A DNA stretch of 64,000 nucleotides from an uncultured Mycoplasmatota bacterium (GCA_900542735.1 UQOS01000004.1:35-64034); one strand, 5' to 3'. Numbered from the stretch's first letter, positions 38,673 to 49,165 are shown. Notes: generated from the sequence alone by a model not told the origin. Numbers and translations: made by a program.

Positions 38673-38749
38673 AATTTTTTTCTATTTCTACTAAAAAAAT
38701 TAGAAATATAGTGTATAATAATTCCAGAAAAAAGAGGAAGTGTATCAAA

Positions 38750-40609
38750 ATGGAATATGATATTATCGTTGTAGGTGGAGGTCATGCTGGTTGTGAAGCA
38801 TCACTATCATCAGCTCGTCTACATAATAAAACTTTATTAGTAACAGGAAATATAAAAAATATAGCTGATATGCCATGCAATCCATCAATAGGTGGACCCG
38901 CAAAAGGAATTATTGTAAGAGAAATAGATGCCTTAGGTGGTGAAATGGCTAATAATATTGATCATAGCTGTCTACAAGTTAAAATGTTAAATACAAAAAA
39001 AGGCCCAGCTGTAAGAGCATTACGGGCACAAGGTGATAAAATTACTTATCCAAAAGCTATGCTAGAAACTATGAAAAATCAAGAAAATCTAGAGATTAAA
39101 GAGTCACTAGTAGAAGACTTAATCGTAGAAGATAATAAAGTAAAAGGTGTAGTTTTAGAAAACGGAGAAAAGATTTATGCCAAAGCAGTAGTTCTAACAA
39201 CAGGAACATACTTAAAAGCAGTTATTCTAAGAGGAGCTAAAAAAACAGTTAGTGGTCCACACGGTGAAAGACCATCTAAATTTTTAAGTGATAAACTAAG
39301 AGAGTATGGATTTACGATTCAAAGATTAAAAACAGGAACTCCTCAAAGAATAGATAAAAATAGTATTGATTATTCAAAAACCAGTCTAGAACCGGGTGAT
39401 AGCATTCCACATACTTTCTCATTTGATAACACACCACTTTATAAAGTAGAAGACCAAGTACCATGTCATCTAATCTATACAACGAAAGAAACACATAAAA
39501 TTATTATGGATAATCTAGAAAAATCAAGTATGTATGGTGGTTATGTAGAAGGAATTGGTCCTAGATATTGTCCTTCTATAGAAGATAAAGTAGTTCGTTT
39601 TAAAGATAAAGAAAGACATCAACTATTCCTAGAACCAGAAAGCTTGTATTATGATGATATTTACATTCAAGGTTTTTCAACTAGTATGCCAGAAGAAATT
39701 CAAGATTTAATGGTTCATAGTTTGCCAGGTTTAGAACATGCCAAAATATTAAAATATGCCTATGCTATTGAATATGATGCTATAGACCCTCTACAATTAA
39801 AGCAGTCACTTGAAACAAAAGTACTTGAAAATCTATTTACAGCCGGACAAATAAACGGTACAAGTGGTTACGAAGAAGCAGCAGGGCAAGGATTAATAGC
39901 TGGTATCAATGCATCTCGCAAGATTCATAACCAAGAACCATTAATTCTTAAAAGAAATGAAGCCTATATTGGTGTATTAATTGATGATTTAGTAACAAAA
40001 GGCACCAAGGAGCCATATCGTATGTTAACATCTCGTGCTGAATATCGTCTATTACTTCGTCATGATAATGCTGATTTAAGATTAAGAGAATATGGTCACG
40101 AAATAGGTTTAATAACAGAAGAAAGATATCAAAAGTTTTTAGAAAAGAAAACACAAATTCAAGAATTAATTAATTTATTAAAAGAAAATAAAATCACTCC
40201 TACAAAAGCTACCAATGAGTATTTAACTAGTATTAATTCAACTAAGTTATTAGATGGTATTACATTATATGAATTATTAAAAAGACCAGAAATAACATTT
40301 ACTAACATAAAACACTTTATAGATATTAACTATAGTGATGAAGTAGTAGAACAAGTTGAAATAATGGATAAGTATGAAGGTTACATTGTAAAAGCAAATA
40401 GAGAAGCAGAAAAAATGTTAGACTTAGAAAAATTAAAAATACCAGAAGATATAAACTATGATAATGTTCATAACCTAGCTAGTGAAGCAAGACAAAAATT
40501 AACCCAAGTAAGACCAACTACTATCGCACAAGCTTCTCGTATTAGTGGTGTTAATCCTGCTGATATTTCTATATTAATGGTTTATTTAAAAAAGGAAAAA
40601 AGAATATGA
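38750..40609 (+). CDS. mnmG: tRNA uridine 5-carboxymethylaminomethyl modification enzyme MnmG
   Basis: FAD-binding motif YDIIVVGGGHAGCEA. Start at MEYDII with an AAGAGGAAG ribosome-binding site. Confidence 0.9.
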   Translation: MEYDIIVVGGGHAGCEASLSSARLHNKTLLVTGNIKNIADMPCNPSIGGPAKGIIVREIDALGGEMANNIDHSCLQVKMLNTKKGPAVRALRAQGDKITYPKAMLETMKNQENLEIKESLVEDLIVEDNKVKGVVLENGEKIYAKAVVLTTGTYLKAVILRGAKKTVSGPHGERPSKFLSDKLREYGFTIQRLKTGTPQRIDKNSIDYSKTSLEPGDSIPHTFSFDNTPLYKVEDQVPCHLIYTTKETHKIIMDNLEKSSMYGGYVEGIGPRYCPSIEDKVVRFKDKERHQLFLEPESLYYDDIYIQGFSTSMPEEIQDLMVHSLPGLEHAKILKYAYAIEYDAIDPLQLKQSLETKVLENLFTAGQINGTSGYEEAAGQGLIAGINASRKIHNQEPLILKRNEAYIGVLIDDLVTKGTKEPYRMLTSRAEYRLLLRHDNADLRLREYGHEIGLITEERYQKFLEKKTQIQELINLLKENKITPTKATNEYLTSINSTKLLDGITLYELLKRPEITFTNIKHFIDINYSDEVVEQVEIMDKYEGYIVKANREAEKMLDLEKLKIPEDINYDNVHNLASEARQKLTQVRPTTIAQASRISGVNPADISILMVYLKKEKRI

Positions 40610-41298
40610 ATTTAGATTTATTTATAGAAGAAACAAAAAAATTAGGCATAGAATTAACCAGTCAACAGTTAGAAAAATTAAATCAATTTTATGAATTATT
40701 AATTTCATGGAATCAAAAAATGAATCTAACTAGAATAATAGAAAAAGAAGATGTTTACTTAAAACATTTTTATGATAGTCTAACACTTAGTAAAGTAATA
40801 GATTTAAAACAAGACTTAACTTTATGTGATGTTGGTAGTGGTGCTGGATTTCCAGGAATTGTTTTAAAAATTTGTTTTCCTAATTTAAAAATAACTTTAC
40901 TAGACTCTCTTCAAAAAAGAGTAAATTACTTAAATGAAATAATAAAAAAATTGGATTTAAAAAAAATAGAAGCTATTCATACTAGAGCAGAAGATTATGC
41001 CAAACAAAATCGTGAAAAGTTTGATATTGTAACAGCAAGAGCAGTAGCTAATCTTAAAATATTATCAGAATTATGTATTCCAATGGTAAAAGTAAATGGT
41101 TTATTTATTGCAATGAAAGCAAATATTGAAGAAGAAATTGAAAATAGTACGGAAATAATAAAAAAATTAGATAGTAAAATAGAAAAAATAGAAACCTTCT
41201 ATTTACCAATTGAAAATAGTATTCGTAATATTATTATGATTCAAAAACAAAAACCAACTAATAATTTGTATCCAAGAAGAATAGAAAAAATGAAATAA
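40606..41298 (+). CDS. rsmG: 16S rRNA (guanine527-N7)-methyltransferase RsmG
   Basis: DVGSGAGFPG SAM motif. Position after mnmG. Confidence 0.85.
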   Translation: MNLDLFIEETKKLGIELTSQQLEKLNQFYELLISWNQKMNLTRIIEKEDVYLKHFYDSLTLSKVIDLKQDLTLCDVGSGAGFPGIVLKICFPNLKITLLDSLQKRVNYLNEIIKKLDLKKIEAIHTRAEDYAKQNREKFDIVTARAVANLKILSELCIPMVKVNGLFIAMKANIEEEIENSTEIIKKLDSKIEKIETFYLPIENSIRNIIMIQKQKPTNNLYPRRIEKMK

Positions 41299-41316
41299 AA
41301 ATAAAAATAATAAGGA

Positions 41317-41345
41317 GTCAAAAAGCCTAAATTTGACTTTTTTTC
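41317..41345 (+). terminator. rsmG terminator (GTCAAA...TTTGAC plus T7), followed by a TTGTAA-N17-TGATATAAT promoter for noc (41347-41377)
   Basis: A hairpin plus a T-run, and an extended -10 promoter. Confidence 0.55.
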
Positions 41346-41416
41346 TTGTAAGAGTGTAAAATTATGATATAATGTTTATAGAATAAAAGAGTAGAAAGAA
41401 TGAAAAGAGGGTAATT

Positions 41417-42442
41417 ATGGATAGAGAAGTTGTAGACTTATACCTAGATGATATTATTCCTAACCGTTTTCAACCACGTGAAGTTTTTAATGAAGAAGCA
41501 TTGAGAGAACTATCAGCTTCTATTAAAGAACATGGAGTAATTCAACCAATTATTGTTAGAAAAATTGGCGATAAATATGAAATTATAGCTGGAGAAAGAA
41601 GATATAAAGCATCTACTATGGCTGGATTAACTAAAATTCCTGCAATTATTAGAAATTTAGATGATAAAGAGGCTTCTAAAGTAGCATTACTAGAAAACTT
41701 ACAAAGAAAAGACTTATCAGCAATAGAAGAAGCAAGAACATATCAAAAAATTCTAGAATTAGACTCTATGACACAAGAAGAATTAGGTCGTACTATGGGA
41801 AAATCTCAAGCAGCTATTGCCAATAAAATGCGTTTATTATCTTTACCAGATGAAGTACAAGAAGCATTATTACAAGATAAAATATCAGAACGCCATGCTA
41901 GAAGTTTATTAAATCTAGATACTAGTGAAGAACAAATCACAATGTTAAGAAAAATTATTTCAAACCGTATGACTGTAAGAGAACTTGATAATGAAATTAG
42001 AAATATAAAAGGAGAAGTTACTAGTCCATCTGTTATGGCACAAGATAATATTGCAATTGTTGAAGAAAGTGGTCCTAAAGTAGAAGTTAGTAAACCAGAC
42101 ATAAATCCTATTATTAGTGAACCTAAAGAAGAAGAAAATGATGATGATTGGTTTAATATACCATTACCACCTCCTAACCCTATTGAAAGTTTAGAGGAAG
42201 ATGAAATAGAAGAAGAACCAGTTAAGATTGTGAATGTAGAAAGACCAAAACAACCTGAGTCAGATTTTAAAATGATAGATGAACTATTAAAATCTACTAA
42301 GACATATAGTTTAGAAGATATCGTTCATGAATTAAAGAATGTAGCAGAGAAGTTTAATAAAAAAGGATTCCATTTAAATTTAGAAGAAAAAGACTTCGAA
42401 AACAATTATCAAGTCATCATTAATATTGAAAAAGATAAATAA
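41417..42442 (+). CDS. noc: Nucleoid occlusion protein Noc-like (ParB paralog)
   Basis: Adjacent to rsmG, as Noc is in Bacillus. IPNRFQPR, GERR and QAAIANKMRLLSLP HTH motifs. No N-terminal amphipathic extension. An acidic, Pro-rich C-terminal tail. Confidence 0.65.
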   Translation: MDREVVDLYLDDIIPNRFQPREVFNEEALRELSASIKEHGVIQPIIVRKIGDKYEIIAGERRYKASTMAGLTKIPAIIRNLDDKEASKVALLENLQRKDLSAIEEARTYQKILELDSMTQEELGRTMGKSQAAIANKMRLLSLPDEVQEALLQDKISERHARSLLNLDTSEEQITMLRKIISNRMTVRELDNEIRNIKGEVTSPSVMAQDNIAIVEESGPKVEVSKPDINPIISEPKEEENDDDWFNIPLPPPNPIESLEEDEIEEEPVKIVNVERPKQPESDFKMIDELLKSTKTYSLEDIVHELKNVAEKFNKKGFHLNLEEKDFENNYQVIINIEKDK

Positions 42443-42445
42443 AAA

Positions 42446-42467
42446 GTAGAAGTTCTACTTTTTTTTT
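42446..42467 (+). terminator. noc terminator: GTAGAAGTTCTAC followed by T9
   Basis: A perfect hairpin plus a T-run. Confidence 0.6.
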
Positions 42468-42533
42468 CGAAAAACATTTCATAATTAACTATTATTTGTT
42501 AAAATAGAATGGTACAAAAGAAAAGGTGGTAGT

Positions 42534-43322
42534 ATGGGGAAGATAATTTCATTAGTAAATCAAAAAGGTGGAGTAGGAAAAACAACAACAAGTATTAATC
42601 TTTCTGCATCACTGGCATATTTAGGAAAAAAGGTATTATTAATAGACCTTGACCCACAGGGTAATACAACGACAGGGGTAGGTATTAATAAAGGCGATAT
42701 TACAAATAGTGTACATGAGGTATTAACTGGTAAATGTGAAATAACAGAGGCAATTATTAAAACTAAATACAAAAATCTTTATGTTTTACCAGCAACAATT
42801 AACTTAGCTGGATTAGATATGGAATTAATAGAAAAGAGTAAATCAAGTCAAGGATTTGCCAAAAATGCACAGTTAAAAACTTACTTAGATCCTATTAAAG
42901 ACTTATTTAATTACATTATTATTGATTGCCCACCATCACTAGGACTAATTACAACCAATGCTCTAACAGCATCAGATTCTGTAATTATTCCTGTTCAATG
43001 TGAATTCTTCGCTCTAGAAGGTATTACTCAATTGTTAAATACTATTATGTTAGCACAGAAAAATTTAAATCCAAACCTTGATATTGAAGGTGTTTTACTA
43101 ACAATGTTAGATTCAAGAACTTTATTAGGGTTAGAAGTTGTAGAAGATATAAGAAGATTCTTTAAAGAAAGAGTATACAACACTATCATTCCAAGATTAA
43201 TAAAGTTAACAGAAGCTCCTTCACATGGAAAACCAATATTAGCTTATGACCCAAAACATAGGGCAACAGAAGCTTATATAAATTTAGCAAAGGAAGTGAT
43301 TGCAAGAAATGGAGACATCTAG
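42534..43322 (+). CDS. soj: Chromosome partitioning ATPase Soj/ParA
   Basis: Deviant Walker A KGGVGKTT. Confidence 0.85.
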   Translation: MGKIISLVNQKGGVGKTTTSINLSASLAYLGKKVLLIDLDPQGNTTTGVGINKGDITNSVHEVLTGKCEITEAIIKTKYKNLYVLPATINLAGLDMELIEKSKSSQGFAKNAQLKTYLDPIKDLFNYIIIDCPPSLGLITTNALTASDSVIIPVQCEFFALEGITQLLNTIMLAQKNLNPNLDIEGVLLTMLDSRTLLGLEVVEDIRRFFKERVYNTIIPRLIKLTEAPSHGKPILAYDPKHRATEAYINLAKEVIARNGDI

Positions 43323-44193
43323 AAGAAAAGCTCTAGGTAGAGGCCTAGAAGAATTATTCAATAATGAACCAATGGATTATGAAAAAATAGAAGAAAAAAT
43401 AGTAGAGACAGCTAACAATGAAGAAATTGTAGAAATTCCTTTATCAGAATTAAGAAGTAATCCTTATCAGCCTAGAAAAAACTTTGATGATAATGCTCTA
43501 CAAGAATTAGCAAATTCTATTAAAGAACATGGTGTATTTCAACCAATTATTGCTAAAAAAAGTATCAAAGGCTATGAAATAATAGCTGGTGAACGACGCG
43601 TAAAAGCATCTATTCTAGCCGGAAAAACTACGATACCTGCTATTATTCGTGATTTTTCAGATCAAGATATGATGGAAATAGCTCTTTTAGAGAACTTACA
43701 AAGAGAAAATCTAAATGCTTTAGAAGAAGCAATGGCTTATAAAAAGTTATTAGATGAATTACATTTAACTCAAGAATCTCTTGCTGAAAGATTAGGAAAA
43801 AGTAGAAGTCATATCACAAATATGTTAGGATTATTAACATTACCAGAAGAAGTAAAAGATATGATTATGGACGGAAAAATTTCTATGAGTCATGCCCGTG
43901 TCCTAAGTAAAATAGACAACAATGAGAAAATAAAAGAATTAGCTGATAAAATCATAGTAGATGGCCTAAGTGTTCGTGAAATAGAAGATTTATCACATAC
44001 AGATACAACGATTGAAAAGAAAAATACACAAGTAAGACATGATACGAATCGTAATGAGTATAAGGTAATAGAGGAAGAATTATCTGAGAAATTAGGAACA
44101 AAAGTAAAAATTAAAAATAATAAAATGGAACTATATTTTGCTAATTCTAACGATTTAAATAGAATCTTAGAAATTATAGGACTAGATAACTAA
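43300..44193 (+). CDS. spo0J: Chromosome partitioning protein Spo0J/ParB
   Basis: ALGRGLEELF N-terminus, GERR and LENLQRE motifs, HTH. Confidence 0.85.
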   Translation: MQEMETSRRKALGRGLEELFNNEPMDYEKIEEKIVETANNEEIVEIPLSELRSNPYQPRKNFDDNALQELANSIKEHGVFQPIIAKKSIKGYEIIAGERRVKASILAGKTTIPAIIRDFSDQDMMEIALLENLQRENLNALEEAMAYKKLLDELHLTQESLAERLGKSRSHITNMLGLLTLPEEVKDMIMDGKISMSHARVLSKIDNNEKIKELADKIIVDGLSVREIEDLSHTDTTIEKKNTQVRHDTNRNEYKVIEEELSEKLGTKVKIKNNKMELYFANSNDLNRILEIIGLDN

Positions 44194-45002
44194 TGTTAGA
44201 AAAATTTTTAATTCCTCAGGTATATTTACCAATCATATATATATGTGTAGCTATTTTAATCAATGGTATCTTAGTTAATATTGTAGAAAAAGTAGTTGCC
44301 AAAAAACAAGAAAACTTTTCCAAAAATAGCTACGCCTATAAAAAATCAGAAACTTTTAAAGTGCTATTAAAAAATATCACAAAATATACTATTATTATAT
44401 TTTTAATTCTAGCAATCTTGACAGTATACGGTGTTGATGTTACATCCGTATTAACAGGATTAGGAATTGTAGGAGTTGTTTTAGGATTAGCTTTACAGGA
44501 TTTAGCAAAAGATATTATTGCTGGATTTAGTATTATTTTTGAAAATCAATATGCTATTGGTGATACAATTTCTATTAATGGCTTTAAAGGAGAAGTTATT
44601 TTTCTAGGATTAAAAACCACAAAAATTAAAAATTATGAAGGCCAAGTAAAAATAGTTGCTAATCGTAACGCTACTGAAGTAATTAATTATAGTATGGAAA
44701 ACTCTTTAGCAATTGTTGATATTGATGTAAGCTATGAAGAAGATAATGAAAAAGTAGAAAAAGTATTAACAGAACTTGCAACAGAATTAACGAAAACTTT
44801 GCCTAAACTAAAAGGTAAAGTAGAATTATTAGGTATTCAAGAATTAGCATCTAGCTCTGTGAAATATCGTATGATTGCTCCTACAGTTTCAATGGAACAT
44901 TTTGAAATAGAAAGAAAAATCAGAAAAGAAGTAAAAGAAAGATTGGATAAAGAAAATATTAAAATTCCATATCCACAATTAGAGGTGCACCATGGAAATT
45001 AA
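44193..45002 (+). CDS. Small-conductance mechanosensitive channel (MscS family)
   Basis: Three N-terminal transmembrane helices and a beta-domain pattern (ISINGFKGEV). Confidence 0.5.
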   Translation: MLEKFLIPQVYLPIIYICVAILINGILVNIVEKVVAKKQENFSKNSYAYKKSETFKVLLKNITKYTIIIFLILAILTVYGVDVTSVLTGLGIVGVVLGLALQDLAKDIIAGFSIIFENQYAIGDTISINGFKGEVIFLGLKTTKIKNYEGQVKIVANRNATEVINYSMENSLAIVDIDVSYEEDNEKVEKVLTELATELTKTLPKLKGKVELLGIQELASSSVKYRMIAPTVSMEHFEIERKIRKEVKERLDKENIKIPYPQLEVHHGN

Positions 45003-45186
45003 AGAATACAAACTAGGTGATAAAGTTATCATGAAAAAAGGGCACCCATGTGGTGCTAATCTTTGGGAAATTGTAAGACTAGGTGTAGATATAAAAATAA
45101 AATGTCTAAATTGTGGAAGAATCGTTATGATACCAAGAATCGAATTTAATCGAAAATTAAAAAAAGTAGAAAGTAGTGAAATTTAG
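44992..45186 (+). CDS. DUF951-family small protein (YyzM-like)
   Basis: 64 aa with a CxxC...CxxC pattern. Conserved position before ychF. Confidence 0.45.
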   Translation: MEIKEYKLGDKVIMKKGHPCGANLWEIVRLGVDIKIKCLNCGRIVMIPRIEFNRKLKKVESSEI

Positions 45187-45189
45187 TCT

Positions 45190-46788
45190 ATGAGAGAGAA
45201 GAAAAAATTAAAGCTGAAAAAGTTTTACTTACATCCAGTAACTACCTTTATTTTATTAACTTTTTTAGTAATGATACTAAGTGGAATTTGTTCTTTATTT
45301 CAAATGCAAGCTACTTATTCGACTTTAAATCCCACTACTGGTGAATTAGAAAAAACATTAGTTACAGTAGAAAATTTATTTGGATTTAATGGTTTAAAAT
45401 ATATCATAAGTAATGCTGCTAAAAATTTTATAAGTTTTACAACATTAAGTACCTTGTTAATATCATTAATAGGCCTAGGAATTGCGCAAGCAACTGGATT
45501 AATAGATACTTTTATTAAAAGAGTATTAGTAAAAATTGATAATAAAAAAATAACCTTTATAATCATTTTCCTAGCAACTATTTCTAGTTTAATCAATGAT
45601 GTTGGTTATGTAATTTTAATACCAATTGCGGCCCTAGTATTTCTAAAAAATAATAGAAACCCAATTGCTGGTATAATAGCTGCCTTTTGTGGAGTAGCAT
45701 TTGGTTATGGAGTAACCGTTTTTGTTGGCTCTATGGAAGTAAATTTGGTTTCTACTACTGAAATAGCGGCAAGATTAATAGATAAATCTTACCATGTAGC
45801 CTTAACATCAAATTTAATTATTATTATAGTAACTTCTATTATTTTATCAATTGTTGGTACAATCATTATAGAAAAAATAATTATTCCTAAATTAGGTAGA
45901 TATAAAGATACAAACGATTTGGCACGAACTCATGAAATAGAAATAATTGAAAGTGTTGAAGAAGCAGAACAAAGAAAACTAGCAGAAGAAATTCATGAAA
46001 AAAAAGGCATTAAATATGCAATGATAACATCTATCATCTTTGCTTTATTCTTTATTTATTCTTTAATTCCAAATTTACCATTTTCGGGAATGTTACTAGA
46101 TATGACTGAGTATACCTATCTAGATCAAGTATTTGGTGCCAATTCTTATTTCCAAGATGGATTTACTTATATGGTATCTCTATTCTTTATTGCAACAGGA
46201 ATTGCTTATGGAATAGGTGCTAAGACCATAAAAAATGATAAAGAGTTATTAGTAGATTCTAGTAAATATATGGTAGAAGTTACAGCTCTAATACCAATGG
46301 TATTCTTTGCTACTCAATTTATAGCAGTTTTTAGAAAAACGAATATTGCGACAATTTTAACCGCATGGTCTGCTAACCTGATTAATAGTTTGAACTTTTC
46401 GGGAATTCCATTAATTATTATGGTAGTGATAATCTTTGCTTTAGTTAACTTATTTAATACAACGCCAACTGCTAAATGGACCATATTAGCTCCAATTGTA
46501 GTCCCTAAATTAATGCAAGCTAATATTTCTCCAGAATTCAGTCAATTTATATTAAGAGCAACAGATTCTATGACCAAAGGTATTACGCCACTTTTAACTT
46601 ATTTCGTTATTTTTGTAGGGTATTTAAATATTTATAATTCTAATAAAAGAAGACCAATTACTATAGGTAGAGCACTTAAATTAATTACACCATACTGTAT
46701 AATTATTAGTCTAGTTTGGCTAGCTATTATCTTATTATGGTATGTAACAGGTTTACCAATTGGCACTCATATATACCCAACACTATAA
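45190..46788 (+). CDS. AbgT-family transporter (p-aminobenzoyl-glutamate or antimetabolite efflux type)
   Basis: 532 aa, polytopic. The N-terminal region resembles AbgT (HPVTTFILLTF...GLKYIISNA...LGIAQATGLI). Confidence 0.55.
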   Translation: MREKKKLKLKKFYLHPVTTFILLTFLVMILSGICSLFQMQATYSTLNPTTGELEKTLVTVENLFGFNGLKYIISNAAKNFISFTTLSTLLISLIGLGIAQATGLIDTFIKRVLVKIDNKKITFIIIFLATISSLINDVGYVILIPIAALVFLKNNRNPIAGIIAAFCGVAFGYGVTVFVGSMEVNLVSTTEIAARLIDKSYHVALTSNLIIIIVTSIILSIVGTIIIEKIIIPKLGRYKDTNDLARTHEIEIIESVEEAEQRKLAEEIHEKKGIKYAMITSIIFALFFIYSLIPNLPFSGMLLDMTEYTYLDQVFGANSYFQDGFTYMVSLFFIATGIAYGIGAKTIKNDKELLVDSSKYMVEVTALIPMVFFATQFIAVFRKTNIATILTAWSANLINSLNFSGIPLIIMVVIIFALVNLFNTTPTAKWTILAPIVVPKLMQANISPEFSQFILRATDSMTKGITPLLTYFVIFVGYLNIYNSNKRRPITIGRALKLITPYCIIISLVWLAIILLWYVTGLPIGTHIYPTL

Positions 46789-46862
46789 AGGCAACAGTTG
46801 TTGTCTTTTTCTATGAAAAGTGCTAAAATATAAAACATAAAATTAATTGAGAGGAGATTATT

Positions 46863-47963
46863 ATGGGATTAACGGCTGGAATCGTTGGACTACCAAATGT
46901 AGGAAAATCGACATTATTTAATGCAATTACCAAAAAAAATATCTTAGCTGCCAATTATCCTTTCGCAACTATCGAACCAAATGTTGGAGTAGTTACTGTA
47001 CCAGATGAGAGATTAGATATCTTAAATGATATGTATCAACCTGCTAGATTAATACCAACAGCATTTGAGTTTACAGACATTGCGGGCTTAGTAAAAGGAG
47101 CTAGTCAAGGAGAAGGATTAGGTAATAAATTTTTATCACATATTAGAGAAACAGATGCTATTGTTGAAGTAGTAAGATGCTTTGAAAACAGTGATATTAT
47201 TCATGTAGAGGGAAAAGTAGATCCAATTCGTGATATTGAAATTATTAATTTAGAATTAATACTTGCTGATTTAGAAAGTATTGGTAATCGAATAGAAAAA
47301 ATTGAAAAGAAAGCAAAAGCTGGAAAAGATAAAGATGACTTAGTCGAATTAGAGGCTTTAAAGAAAGCAAAATCAGCACTTGAGAAAAATCAGTCACTAA
47401 GAATGGTTGACTTTACGAAAGAAGAAAAATTAGCGATAAAGTCTTATAACTTTTTAACATTAAAGCCAATTATCTATATGACTAATATCAATGAAGAAGA
47501 AGTATCAACTGAAGATAATGAATATGTAAAAAAAGTAAAAGAATATGCTGCTTTAGAAAATGCTAAAGTAATAAAAGTATGTGCTAAAATTGAAGAAGAG
47601 TTAAGTCAATTAGATGATAATGATCGCAAAGAAATGCTATTAGCTTTAGGAATTGAAATGAGTGGTTTGGATCAATTAATTAAAGCAACCTATGATTTAC
47701 TTGGATTAGCTACTTATTTTACAGTAGGAACTGATGAAGTAAGAGCATGGACTTTTAAAAAGGGCATGAATGCAAAAGAATGTGCTGGTATTATTCACTC
47801 TGACTTTGAAAAAGGTTTCATTAGAGCAGAAGTAATGTCTTATGAGGACTTAATAAAATGTGGAAGTGAATTAAAAGTAAAAGAAGCAGGTCGTGCTAGA
47901 TTAGAAGGAAAGGATTACATTATGCAAGATGGTGATATTTGCCATTTTAGATTTAATGTATAA
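46863..47963 (+). CDS. ychF: Ribosome-binding ATPase YchF
   Basis: GIVGLPNVGKSTLFNA G1 motif. C-terminal TGS domain. Confidence 0.9.
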   Translation: MGLTAGIVGLPNVGKSTLFNAITKKNILAANYPFATIEPNVGVVTVPDERLDILNDMYQPARLIPTAFEFTDIAGLVKGASQGEGLGNKFLSHIRETDAIVEVVRCFENSDIIHVEGKVDPIRDIEIINLELILADLESIGNRIEKIEKKAKAGKDKDDLVELEALKKAKSALEKNQSLRMVDFTKEEKLAIKSYNFLTLKPIIYMTNINEEEVSTEDNEYVKKVKEYAALENAKVIKVCAKIEEELSQLDDNDRKEMLLALGIEMSGLDQLIKATYDLLGLATYFTVGTDEVRAWTFKKGMNAKECAGIIHSDFEKGFIRAEVMSYEDLIKCGSELKVKEAGRARLEGKDYIMQDGDICHFRFNV

Positions 47964-48477
47964 GCTAAGTATGGAATTAGGATTACACAATATAAAATAT
48001 GAAAAAAATTTTGATGGGGAAACATTAACTATGTTTGTTTCAAATAATCAAGAACCATTAGGAATAATTCAAATAGAAAAAGAGTTAATTGATTTTGAAG
48101 ACATTGATTTTGATAAAGTAGATTTAGATAGTTTATTAAAAACAGTTGAAAAAGACCCCAGTTATTATTCCCAAAAAGAACCTTTTTCTCAAACAATAAT
48201 GATTGAAACATTCTCTAAAAAAGATCAATTAACAGATTCTATCAAAACAATTCAAAATGATCATAATAATGTGTTAGCTCAAATATCTGATTATCTATCA
48301 ACATTAACTGGAATAAAGCCAACTTTTAATAGAAATGATGATCAAGACGATATAGCTACTAGTGTAGATTTTAGTGCTCGTGTTTCTACTGATTATGATA
48401 TAATAAAAAGGGTAATTGAAAACTTAAATATGAAGAATATTGACTATGAGGAAGAAATAAAATCATTTCACAGATAA
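47929..48477 (+). CDS. Hypothetical acidic cytoplasmic protein. The start is probably the internal Met.
   Basis: ORF only. It overlaps the ychF 3' end. Confidence 0.3.
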   Translation: MVIFAILDLMYKLSMELGLHNIKYEKNFDGETLTMFVSNNQEPLGIIQIEKELIDFEDIDFDKVDLDSLLKTVEKDPSYYSQKEPFSQTIMIETFSKKDQLTDSIKTIQNDHNNVLAQISDYLSTLTGIKPTFNRNDDQDDIATSVDFSARVSTDYDIIKRVIENLNMKNIDYEEEIKSFHR

Positions 48478-48491
48478 AAAGGAGAGAAAAA

Positions 48492-49133
48492 ATGGAAAAT
48501 AAAGTATATTCAAAAGTTTATTTTTGGTTATTTATTGGTTTATTAGTAACTTTCTTGACAGGAATTTATACAGCTACCAATAAAGATGCACTAGCAGTAA
48601 TCTTTACACAAGGTTTTTACTGGATATTTCTTTTAATAGAATTAGGTCTTGCAATATTCCTATCTGCTAGAATACATAAAATGCAGCCAACTACTGCTAA
48701 AATTAGTTATTTACTATATACCTTCTTTAGTGGGTTAACATTTTCATCTATATTTATAACTTATAAATTAGAATCTATTATTTTAGTATTTGCTATCACA
48801 TCAGTTTTATTTTTAATCTTCGCCATTATTGGTTACTTTACGAAAATAGATTTAAGTAAAATAGGAACTTTCCTATTAATGATATTAATTGGTGTAATAA
48901 TCTGTACGATAGTAAATATATTTTTACAGAATTCCACTTTTGATTTAATATTATCTATTATTTGTATAGTTGCATTCTTAGGTTTTGTTGCTTATGATGT
49001 TCAAAAAATAAAATATTTAAACGGTTTTATGCTAGAAGATAATTTAGCAGTTATGGGTGCATTTGAATTATATTTAGATTTTATTAATATCTTTATTGAC
49101 TTATTAAGAATTTTTGGAAATTCTGACGACTAA
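48492..49133 (+). CDS. Bax-inhibitor-1/YccA-family membrane protein
   Basis: 213 aa with about 7 transmembrane helices, comparable to BI-1/YetJ. Confidence 0.45.
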   Translation: MENKVYSKVYFWLFIGLLVTFLTGIYTATNKDALAVIFTQGFYWIFLLIELGLAIFLSARIHKMQPTTAKISYLLYTFFSGLTFSSIFITYKLESIILVFAITSVLFLIFAIIGYFTKIDLSKIGTFLLMILIGVIICTIVNIFLQNSTFDLILSIICIVAFLGFVAYDVQKIKYLNGFMLEDNLAVMGAFELYLDFINIFIDLLRIFGNSDD

Positions 49134-49165
49134 ATCACAAAAATCTTGGTAAAAAATAGAAAAAA

